A stretch of 64,000 nt of DNA from the human T2T-CHM13v2.0 reference genome, Homo sapiens, in NCBI RefSeq assembly GCF_009914755.1, contig NC_060947.1. One strand, 5' to 3'. Made by a program: the position numbers and the translations under genes. The notes below the pieces were generated by a model. That model did not search any database. It was not told where the DNA came from and was given only the letters and a program-made list of their open reading frames with translations. Positions 1 to 14,769 of this stretch are shown here, piece by piece (positions within the stretch are counted from its first letter, which is position 1; every line of letters starts with the position of its first letter).

Positions 1-628
1 CATTAATATAATGGAATAAATTTATTGTTTGTTTTTAACATTCAATAAGCCCTGCATTCCTGGGATAAGCCTCACATGGTTGAGCTATATATTTTTTAGA
101 CATTGCTGGATTCAATTTGCTAATATTTTGTGATGATTTTTGCATTTATGTTCGTGAGAGTTGGTGGTCTGTCGTTTCTTGCTTGCTTGCTTCTTTTATA
201 CAGTCTTTGGGTGGTTTTGGTATCAGGGTGATCCTGGCCTCACAAAATGTGTTGACAAGTAGTCTTTACTGTTCTATTTTTGGGAAGAGATATTGTAGAA
301 TCGGTATTAATTCTTCTTTGAATGTTTGGTGGAATTTGCCAGTGAAACCACGTGGGTTGGAATATCTTCTTTGGAAGGTATTTTACTATGAATTCCATTT
401 CGTTTTATATATAAATTTTTTTGTAGAGCTAGGGTCTCACTTTGTTGCCCAGGCTGGTCTCGGTCTTCTGGGCTCAGGCGATTCTCCCAGCTTGGCCTCC
501 CAAAGTTCAATGTCTTTATAGGACTACTCAAGTTATTTCATATTGGGTGAGTCTTGATAATTCGTGTCTTCAAAAGATTTAGAGATTTAGTCCATTTCAT
601 GTAAGTTCTTGAATTGAGTTGTTTGTGG

Positions 629-701
629 TATTGGGTTGGTGCAGAAGTTTTTGCTATTAAAAGTAACGACAAAAACTGCAATTACTTTTGCACCAACATT
701 A
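629..701. mobile_element. MADE1 (Hsmar1-derived MITE), partly deleted
   Basis: GGTTGGTGCA...AATTACTTTTGCACCAAC inverted termini. Confidence 0.75.
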
Positions 702-735
702 TACCATCTCTGCCTCTTTTGGGCCATTGTTAGCA

Positions 736-1180
736 TGTGTCTTAGTCTGTTTTGTGTTGCTGTAACAGAACGCCTGAGACTGGATAATTTAAAAATAAAA
801 GAGGTTGATTTAGCTCATGTTTCAGCAAGCTGGGAAGTAGGAGGAGCATGGCACCAGTAACTGCTCAGCTTCTGGTGACAGCCACCTGCTAGGCCAAAAC
901 ATAGTGGAAAAGGCCAAAGGGGAAGCAGACACGTGCAAAGAGGGAAAAACCGAGGGGCATGCTGGCTTTATGACAAACCTACCGTCATGGGCACTAATCC
1001 AGTCTCACCAGAGCCGGTACTCACTCACTACCTCCAGAACGGCAGCAAGCTCTTCATGAGGGATCTGTCTCCATGACCCGAACACCTCCCACAAGGCCCC
1101 ACCTTCCAACATCACCACACTGGGGATCCAATTTCCCCATAAGTTTTGGCGGGGACAGACGAATCATATCCAAACCATAG
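736..1180 (+). mobile_element. MST-family MaLR solo LTR (5'-truncated copies at 50545-50925 and 53698-54080)
   Basis: TGTCTTAGTCTGTTTTGTGTTGCTGTAACAGAA...CAAACCATAGCA. Confidence 0.75.
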
Positions 1181-2571
1181 CAGTATATTTCTATATTCCC
1201 AGGATCTGGAAAGATCCCAATAAGATGAATTTTTTTTATAATGTGCATTTTTCTGTGCACTTAATGTGTAATAAAGAATGGGATGCTTGGACTTTGTCCC
1301 TGAGTCCTGGGAGATAACCTCTAATCCCTTGCAATTTCCTGAGTGACACTGTCATTCCTGATGGGTCCCATGGACCACACTTCATGGTTTATGCTAATGA
1401 GGTGAGTCATGGGAGGCCCCTAGATAGTTTGTGTGATGAGATGACTCCAAATGGAGGCTGGCCAGACCAGAAAGACCAATCATATGACTAGAGGGTTGGG
1501 GCATTGAACTATGTGATATCAGCCCAGTCACCAGAGAGAGGGAGGGAGGCTGTAGATGGAGTTAAACCAGATGGCCAACTAACAGATGGCCAACACACAG
1601 GGTTTATCTGAATTATCTCATCTGCCATTACCAGGAGAAGACATAGGGCTTATTCCCATATCAGTGATCACTCCTCAGTCTTTACTGGTTCCTCATTTTC
1701 TCTCAAAATTCTCTTTCTGGGGATGGGAGGATGTTGAAAATGTTCTATATTTTGATCTGGATGGCGGTTACATGGGTGTATAACTGTGATAAAATTGTAG
1801 ACTTATGTTTCTGTGATTTGCTGTATGTAGGTAATACCTCAATTTTTAAAAGACGTCATATAAAAGTGGAAATACATGGTGCAAGCTGGAAGAAGATCTT
1901 TATCCTATATACAATTGACAAAAGATTGGTATCAATAATATATTTTGAGAACTTGTAGAAATCAATAAGAAAGACAAACAACCCAGTAAGAAAATAGGCA
2001 AAAATCATGAACAGGAATTCCATAGAAGAAGGAACCTATGTGGCCAATAAACACATGAAGATATGCTCAGCTCATCAGTAGTCAGGGAAATGCTAAACAT
2101 GACCTCAAGATAAATCTTGTACCCATTTGATTGGCAAAGAATAAGAAACCTAGCAACATCAAAGGTTAGAGATAACGCAGAGCAGTGGGATCTCATACAG
2201 CTTGCAACATGTTGGGAATATAAACGAACACAACCAGTTTGGAAAACAATGTGGCATCAATATATGAAGTAGGTCATTGCTAACTCAGCAATTCCTATCA
2301 ATGTCCACTGGACAAGAATTTCACAGCAGCACTGGCCACGGTAGCAAAAACCTGGGACCAATGCAAATGCTCATGAACAAGAGAATGCCTAAACTGTGGT
2401 ATATGCACACCATGATACACTATGTAGCAAGGCAAATGGGTGAACTGCAGTTCCATAGTCAACAATGGATAATGTTAGTATAAGTATGAAAAAAGTAATT
2501 CCCACAAGACTACATACCGTGTGACACCCTTTTCATAAGGTTCAAAATCAAGCAAAACTGAAGAGTTTAAT

Positions 2572-2860
2572 GGCCGAGCACAGTGGCTCACGCCTGTAAT
2601 CCCAGCACTTTGGGAGGCAGAGGTGGGTGGAGTGCTTGAGTCCAGGAGTTTGAGACCAGCCTGTGCAACATGGCTAAACCCCGTCTCTCCAAAAAATTAG
2701 CCAGACATCACAGCGCGCGCTTGTACTCCTAGGTACTCGGGAGACTGAGGTGGGAGAATCACCTGAGCCAGGGAGGTCGAGCCTGCAGTGAGCCAAAATC
2801 ATGCTACTGCACTTCAGACCGAACAATCAGAGTGAGACCCTGTCTCAAAAACAAAAAAAG
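2572..2860 (+). mobile_element. Alu (old; rearranged homologs at 48505-48800 and 55823-56110)
   Basis: Dimeric Alu with A tail. Confidence 0.85.
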
Positions 2861-3859
2861 GGTATATTGTTTTATATATATACTTATTTGCAATAAAAAC
2901 CAAAGGAATGCCAAGTACACAATTCAGGCTGGGGTTGCCTCTGGTGGAAGTGAAGGGATTCAGGAGGTTACAGTGAGGGGAGCTCAGAGGTAGATATACA
3001 GGTTTCTACTGATAGTCTAGTTATTGGATCGGGTAATAGGTAAATGGGGGCACATTGCATTTTAAAATAAACAAACAGGGCCTCGTATCAATCACGGGTA
3101 GCATGTTATGAAATAAGGATTATGATTAACTCAATTCTGTATTACCCAAGTCTCCTCCAAAAATCAAATGCTGCATTGACCTACTTGGACCTGGGCCTGA
3201 AATATTTGTTCTTCTCTCCTTCCAGGCTTCACACATGCTCCAGAAGCTCTTTGGTCAGGCCAGAAAGCATTTGAGTTCGACATCTCTGTATTTGTATCTA
3301 TTTGAGCAGGAGGCACTAGATCAGGGCTGCATGTCTTGCATCTGACACTGTTTAACCCAAAAGTTAGTTGGGACAGAAAGAATACCTCAGAATCCTGGAA
3401 TAAACGGGGTCCCGATGATCAATACGAGTTCTACTCAGCGAATGCAGATTACAGCAAACGGAAGAAAGAATGTCCAGACTTCTAAATGAAATGTTTCCCT
3501 ACAAAACAGTTTAGAATGAAGGTCTTCCAGAGGCCTTTTGCACAATTTCCTACTTAACTAGGAAATATTTCTCCTCTAAGTGCACAAAATCATGTTAGTG
3601 TATCGTGTTGGGTTTTATCACTGATTAATAAATATGTTACCCATTTATTATGAAGAACATGAGAAAGGATACAGACGAACAGCCAGATGAAAGAGATGCA
3701 TAGGGCACAGGTGCACCTCCCTCCAGGAACTTCCATGTGTTCAGCTATCTGGAAGCTCCCTTACCCCAGATTCTTAAAAATATAGAGCCCCGGGGCTCAA
3801 TTTCTGGTCTGATTCTTTTCTTTAACTACATTCTTGCCACAGCTGATGGAAGACCCTGG

Positions 3860-8100
<4,241 letters not shown>

Positions 8101-8132
8101 AAAAGTGGTGTAATTTCTGTCTCTGGAGTGGG

Positions 8133-8534
8133 TGTCGGGGGTGCACGGCAACATATTCAAGCTTATGTACAAGGCGTTTGAGGTCGGGGCATGGAAACAT
8201 ACTGAGGCACTGTGTGTATGTTATTTGTGCATGAGAATGAAACTCCTTGACCCTGAAAACAGGACGGGGAGTGGAGTGTGTGGTGTGATAAGGAACGCTG
8301 AAAACAGCCTCCCGAGAATGCGGTTTGAGTGCTTTTACCAGGCCACAGGTGTCTCATGACCCGACCTCAAAAAGGCCATCTAGTGGATGTTTGTGGTCTA
8401 ACAAGCCCTTTCAATGAATACTTGGCGGACAGATGCTGGGGCGGAGTCTCTTAGAAGAGCTGCCCCCGGCCCCCCTCAGCTGGATTTGTCTGAGAACTCA
8501 TTCTTGGCGTTCACTGCAAGCTATAAGCTCTGCA
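8133..8534 (+). mobile_element. 5' LTR
   Basis: TG...CA termini; direct repeat of 14123-14523; followed by PBS. Confidence 0.92.
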
Positions 8535-8536
8535 AG

Positions 8537-8554
8537 TGGTGACCCCGACGTGAT
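8537..8554 (+). other. Primer-binding site, tRNA-Trp type
   Basis: TGGTGACCCCGACGTGAT, complementary to the 3' 18 nt of tRNA-Trp, 2 nt after the LTR. Confidence 0.85.
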
Positions 8555-8677
8555 CGCCTTGAAGTTACGCGTGAAGGAGGAGAGCTCATTACTTTTCGGG
8601 GAATCCTGGTAAGGGACAGTCCTGACTCCCATCAGGAGGACGGGACCCATGCGTAAACTATCGCGGGTTGGGTTATC

Positions 8678-9165
8678 ATGGGTCAGGAAATGACCAAAGA
8701 ACAGAAAGTATTTTTTAAAACAGTGCAACAGCTACTTAAGGCTATCCAGTGCACTGTAGAGCCTGGAGCTCTACACAAGCTTATGCTTTTAATTTGGCAG
8801 AAATGCCCTTGGTTTCCTGATCAAGGAACCTTAGATTTAGGGTTATGAGAGCAGGTAGGTCGCTGCCTGAAAAGAGGATATGAGCAGGGTCATTTTACTA
8901 ATGTTACTATTTTGACCACCTGGGCGCTGGTACGCTCTGCGTTGTATCCTCTTTATCTGCCAGATCGTGGTTAGATCGCCCATTATCTCCACCTGAAAAG
9001 AATTCAGAAGATTTGAAGGGAGAGATTCCTCTCCCCACTTCATTCCCTTCTATGGGGAATAAGGAAGAGGTTTTTTTCTAGTGAGGACAAACAGGAACCA
9101 GAACAGTGGTTGGGGGGTGGGGGTGCTCCTCTCTCTACTTCATTCCCTTCTGTAGGGCATAAGGA

Positions 9166-9220
<55 letters not shown>

Positions 9221-9425
9221 TGAGGATAAGGACGGACGGGAGCCTTTTCCTCCCCCTGTAGAAAAGCCATTGCCCTTCTTTCCTCCACCCTTAAAAGGAC
9301 CTGCATTTGTTGGCCCTGTTCAGCCAACAGCGCCTTCCATCCCCCTTAAGGAGATTGGAGGCCGCCCAAGGGACGGCTCTTAGATAAGACCCCCGGTCAG
9401 CGAACATCTGTATGATCTGTATGAT
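8678..9425 (+). pseudogene. gag: gag N-terminal remnant (matrix and proline-rich region)
   Basis: MGQEMTKEQKVFFKTVQQLLKAIQ...CPWFPDQGTLDLGL*EQVGRCLK, a betaretroviral matrix signature; stop at 8846. Confidence 0.85.
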
Positions 9426-9427
9426 TG

Positions 9428-10864
9428 GGTGGCTGCGTCTCCTCGACTAACTTCCCTGCTGGAGGGGTGCGTCCAGGAGGGAAGGAAAGTGGCTGATTAT
9501 GATTGTCTTCCTAATATGCAAGTTCCCATTTGCTACTTCCAGCATCAGCCTTTCTGGCCTTGTCTTTTTTCTGTTTCACTGGAGTAAAAGGGGAAGTTGC
9601 ATGCTGCCTCCTGGGTTTTATCCCAGATAGCTCTAGCTTTCTTGCTGCCCACAGAGGCCTGGGGCAGGAGAGTTGCTGAGATGCCATGGAGTGCACACTT
9701 GGTCACTGGCAGCCTGGGCAGGTTGCCCCTTTCTGGGTTTGTGGTGACGGAGGGAAGGCCAAAAGGCACAGACCGAGTCCCCGGGTGGCTGCAGGCAGCT
9801 CCAGCCCAGTCCTGAGGATCCGCCTCACCATGGTCACGTGCCTTAGTAACTGTGCCCAGGAAGTGGCCTGCTGCTTGCCGTGCTGCTGCTTTTCCTACTT
9901 CTGCCCTTCCCTGCCACCCCTCACATGTCTCAGTTGACGAGCAATTCCTTGTCTTCCCTGGCCCCCTAGGGAAAGGGCTGAGAAATAGTCCATGTGCACC
10001 CGGACCTTACTAGCCTAAGGTGGGCAAAGGAGTGTGGAGCAGCCCGGAGTACAGAGCCCTGGAGGAGGAGCCCACTAATAAGGGGCGCTCTCCCATAGCC
10101 ATATATTAAATGCTAACTAGACTGAGGGGGACGAGCTCTGCCAGCTGCTGTCATCTTCAGAAGATAGACGCAGCAGTAAGGAGTGTTTGTTTTGCTTTTT
10201 TACAAAATGTTTAAAAACACTGTGGTTAAGAAACTTCAAAGCAGACCCTGTGCTGCATGTCTGCTCCTCCCCTGAGCCTCTCTGCTTGGGGGTGGTAAAA
10301 ATAATAAAAAGCCCAGTATATTTTCAGTACCTCACCTAACAGGGTTGGCTGCAGGCGTAGGTGGCCTAGAAGATAAGGGGAGTGTTTTTCTCCCAGCCTG
10401 TTACCTTCTTGCCTCCAGCCTCCGCACTTCCACACACAGTTTACCACCCGGTCATTCTCTGGCCTCTTACTGCCGCTTGTACTCTTCCTTCCTTCCTCTC
10501 AGGGTAAGGACAGCAACAAGTGGCAGGCTATTAAAAAGAGAAGCTGCCTAAGGGGCCCAGAACGAATAGAAAGAAACTGGCCACAGCCCTACTTTCCCAA
10601 GCTCACTTCTAAGACATTCCAGCTAAAGGCTGATGCAGGAAAATGGCTAACACCAAAGGACATTTTAAAAAGCTTTTTTTTGTTTTCTTTTCTTTTTAAC
10701 ACACTTAAGCTAACTCAATGCAGGTTTATTATCCTGGCGACTTGCAGTCACTTTCTAATGGCTTTCAAGGGCCAAAATATAGTAAAAATCACTTAAAATA
10801 TCCATCCTTTCCATGCCTTAGTTTAACAGGTAGGCTTTATCTTTTGCCATTTCGGTATTTTATA
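9428..10864 (+). other. Non-viral insert inside provirus (candidate captured cellular 3'UTR)
   Basis: No gag/pro/RT motifs recognised in any frame; UTR-like, AATAAA at 10303; occupies the CA-NC-pro-RT position. Confidence 0.7.
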
Positions 10865-12150
10865 TGTTATGTACCTGTCTCATAATCCCTCTAAACTTAT
10901 ACAAAAGACTACAGATATAATAGCTTCTCTTCTCATAAAAGGACGCCAACGTTGCGTCCAGCTGTCAGGATAAGACCCTGCTACTCTTTTCCTACCTTTA
11001 AGCAAGGAACAATTTCACACTCTCTTAGCTTGTGATCTTGATTGGCAAGTAGCAATGGCTGTCTTTATTGGTAATATCAGCTTTCATTTACCAGCCTCTA
11101 AGCTCCTGAACTTTTTACAAACTGTACCTGTTTAATTTGTATGTATTGTTGTCTCTGAGCCTTTACTTCATGCCACCACTGTCTTTACAGATGGTTAAAA
11201 AAAAACCCAAAAACTGAAAAAGCAGCTATAGTGTGGCAAGATGCCATGCAGAACTGGCAGTACAAAATCCAGGAGCATTTTAAAAACTATGCAACAGGCG
11301 GAATTAGGTGCCCTGATATTGGCCTTACAAACTTTTCCTCACCAAGACATAAATATCGTTGGTGATTCCGCTTATGTGGTGTATAGTATTACTCATTTAG
11401 ATCTTGCACATGTGAAGGGCATTACTAATAAACCCCTATTAGCTTTGTTTCTTGCAGCGCAAGAGCTCCTCTGTGCCTGTCATCACCCTCTTTACATCAC
11501 ACATATTCGCCGTCATTCTGGGCTACCTGGTCCTTATCAGAAGGGAATGCTTGAGCTGATGCTCTGGTACGACCACAGATGTGCTTTGCAAATTCTCCTG
11601 CTTTTTTGCAAGCTCAAGCTGATCATGTTGTTTTTTCATCGGAACGCCCGCCGTCTTAAACAACAGCTTCATTTGACACTTACTCAAGCTTGCATGATTA
11701 TTAAAACTTGTCCTAATTGCCAACAGCATTCTCTTTCCCCCTTTTCCTTAGGGCTTAGTGCCAACCTACGAGGTCTGGTGCCTAATGCTATCTGGCAAAC
11801 TAATGTCACTCGGTGTCCACCCTTTGGACGTTTTAAATTTCTCCATGTTACCGTGGACACATATACAGGCCTAATACATGCTACCTCCCAGACAGGAGAA
11901 AAAACTAAAGATGCAATCGCTCATTTGTTTAAATCTATGATAACTCTAAGCCTTCCACACACTATAAAAACTAATAATGGACCTTCCTATCTTAGCGCTC
12001 GATTTACATATGCATTGCAACTTTGGCACATGCAACATAAAACTGATATTCCTTATAACTCAACCAGTCAGGCCATTGTTAAACGAGCTCATCAAACTCT
12101 TAAAGTATATCTTAATTTAAAAAGGGCGGGGGGGAATATGGGGCTCTCTT
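10865..12150 (+). pseudogene. pol: pol remnant: RT connection, RNase H, integrase zinc-binding and core domains
   Basis: YLSHNPSK...DWQVA...TVFTDG; QQAELGAL; NIVGDSAYV; CPNCQ; WQTNVT; KTNNGP; IPYNSTSQAIVKRAHQTLK. Confidence 0.9.
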
Positions 12151-14122
12151 CTAGAGAACAGGACCAGTCGTTGGAGAACCAACCAACAATGATGGTGATG
12201 ACTCGGAAGGCACCTGACATCACCTGGGGACAGCTAAAGAAATTGAATCAACAAGCATCTATCCAGCTTGCCGCCGTGGAAGCCCCTGCAACTGCAGACA
12301 ATCGGTTTCTTACATATCTGGTGGCAATTGGGGAAACTTCTGAGAAAGTAAGACAGACATGGATGTTGGGGTGGCAGGTAATTCTTGTCCTTTGCTAAGT
12401 GGGATCAGCTTAAGGACACGTTTATTGGAGTCATGTTCTAAATCCCCCTGTTTTTAATGTTATTACATGGTGGGATGCTGACCCGCCTTTGTCATCTAAT
12501 GATACTTCTTGGGCAGGAGGCCGATGGATGCCTCTGTCTTACCCCGTAACTGAAAATTTGGGATGGATTCAACTTAATTACTCCTCGATTTTATTGTCTA
12601 GTAATCCCCCTCTTTGTTTTTCCACAATAGCACATGATAAGTGTGTTACTCTCATCCCTCAGGAGTATCTTTACTATCAGCCTAAAAGGGATGCTAAGCT
12701 TGCAAACTTGACCTTTATTTCTACTATTACCACTAATCTTACTGAGGTCTCTAATGAAGCTACACAAGTGCCTGATCTTCCTATATGCCGTCCGAGTAGG
12801 GACTGGCGATAAAAGTTTGAGGCCGTCCAGTGGTCGCCGTGCAGACAGCCTGCTCCACGTCAAGGGCCTCTGTTTGATAATGGCACCTTACTTGATTGGG
12901 GTCCCCGTGGTAATCTTATGTCTGCAAATCAGACTATTGGACTTGGGAGTCCCTCCAGTAGTCCTATTACCTAGTCAGAGTATGGGCTTTCAGGACCAGT
13001 ATTACAAGTGAGAGGGAAACAAGCTTTAAGCCCTGCTCATACCCAAATTTGGAGATTAGGATTTCCTTTTTTTGAACGGGTTCTTTCACATGGTGAGTAT
13101 ATTACTGGCGGTGGCAACCATACCCTCTCTTTGCATAATAATGTTACTGACACAGTCCTGATTTGTACCACGCACCCTTATATACTTTTGTTTGGGCAAG
13201 GTGTTCCTAACATAGAGCAGAATCAATCTTTTTATAGTATTAAAGTCTCTTCCAGTAGTTGGTATGCTGCATGCTTGTCCATCGAAACATTACACAGTTG
13301 GATATAACCTATGTCATGATCTTAAAATGGCGTGCAGAATTGTGGCTGCCTGTAAATTTAACCTGGAGCTGAAAAGGAGATTCCACCCTGCAGCTATTTA
13401 GAAAATCACTATCTCATACTCGGAAAAAAAAAAAAAAAAAAAGATTCCTGGCCACTTTAATTGCCTTTTTAGTCTCAGCTATTATTATATTAGCAACTGC
13501 TGCTACTGCAGCTGTTTCTCTGACAGAATCTATTCACACAGCCTCAGTGGTGAACCACATGGTGTATAATGTAACCCGTGAATTTCAAGAACAGGTAAAT
13601 ATAGATAAAACCATTCTGTCTCGCCCGGTCTCTTGAAGCCGCTGTTGAATAACTGGGGAATCAGCAGCAGGCATTCATTACCCATCAAAATTTACATTGT
13701 TGATTGGCAATATAATTCTATCTGTGTCACGCCTCTGCCATATAATAGCTCCCAATATGCTTGGGAGAGAGTGAAAGCACATCTGCAAGGGGCTTATCAC
13801 GACCATTTGTCTTCTCAAATTTCCATTCTTGAGTGTGAATTAAAGAAACACCTTGAAGAATGGTCGCAGCAATTACAAACAAGTATCCTTCAGCAATTAC
13901 AAGAAGGCTTTCAATGGTTAAACCCGAACACTTGGTTGTCTGGGTTAAACATACGCATTTGGGTGATGGCCGCTGTACTTATTCTTTTTTGTATCTGTTT
14001 GCTAGGCACTTGCAGATGGCTCTGTGCTGCCACCCGACGCATCTATGACCAGGGAAGAATCATGGAAGCTTACCTTGCATTGGATGACCAGCACGCTATA
14101 AGAATTAAAGAAGGGGGGAATA
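12138..14122 (+). pseudogene. env: env remnant (leader, SU, TM) with stops and frameshifts
   Basis: ITWGQLKKL leader; LWLPVNLT; basic cleavage site before FLATLIAFLVSAIII fusion peptide; DWQYNSICVTPLPYNSSQYAW. Confidence 0.88.
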
Positions 14123-14523
14123 TGGCGGGGTGCACGACAGCATATTCAAGCTTATGTACAAGGCGTTTGAGGTCGGGGCATGGAAACATACTGAGGCACT
14201 GTGTGTATGTTATTTGTGCATGAGAATGAAACTCCTTGACCCTGAAAACAGGACGGGGAGTGGAGTGTGTGGTGTGATAAGGAACGCTGAAAACAGCCTC
14301 CCGAGAATGCGGTTTGAGTGCTTTTACCAGGCCACAGGTGTCTCATGACCCGACCTCAAAAAGGCCATCTAGTGGATGTTTGTGGTCTAACAAGCCCTTT
14401 CAATGAATACTTGGCGGACAGATGCTGGGGCGGAGTCTCTTAGAAGAGCTGCCCCCGGCCCCCCTCAGCTGGATTTGTCTGAGAACTCATTCTTGGCGTT
14501 CACTGCAAGCTATAAGCTCTGCG
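14123..14523 (+). mobile_element. 3' LTR preceded by polypurine tract (14107-14120)
   Basis: AAAGAAGGGGGGAA followed by LTR copy; start uncertain by about 2 nt. Confidence 0.92.
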
Positions 14524-14769
14524 ATGGGCCCTGAAAAAAAAAAATCGATACTACGATGACTCTCATATGTATTTCTTCAGCCCAGATCCAGACCTTTGTC
14601 TACTCAGCTTCTCCACGTGGATACCTAATAGGCATCTCAAATTTAAATATCCAAAACCAAACTCCTGACATTAAACACAAGAAGCAAGAAATATGAACAT
14701 ATTTTCTGATTCCACTAATATAAAAGTACATAACAGTCAACACCAAACCATATTATTCTTATTTCTTGA

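Larger units (their letters stand above)
8133..14523 (+). mobile_element. Defective class II/betaretrovirus-like provirus (ERVK, possibly HML-6/LTR3); may correspond to lncRNA LINC00891
   Basis: LTR-PBS-gag-pol-env-PPT-LTR order; flanks GTGGG/ATGGG; empty sites at ~43085 and ~61539. Subgroup and lncRNA link are unverified recall. Confidence 0.92.

Noticed and set aside
9168-9218. Poly-T as the tail of an antisense retrocopy explaining the insert
   Set aside because: It lies within a duplicated gag motif, ~200 bp of gag-like sequence separates it from the insert, and no TSD is present.
11241-12398. 385-aa ORF as functional RNase H-integrase
   Set aside because: Internal frame shifts, all DDE residues mutated, C-terminal domain missing, runs into the env leader.
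13633-14223. 196-aa ORF as domesticated env
   Set aside because: Non-ATG start, TM fragment only, upstream env has stops and frameshifts.
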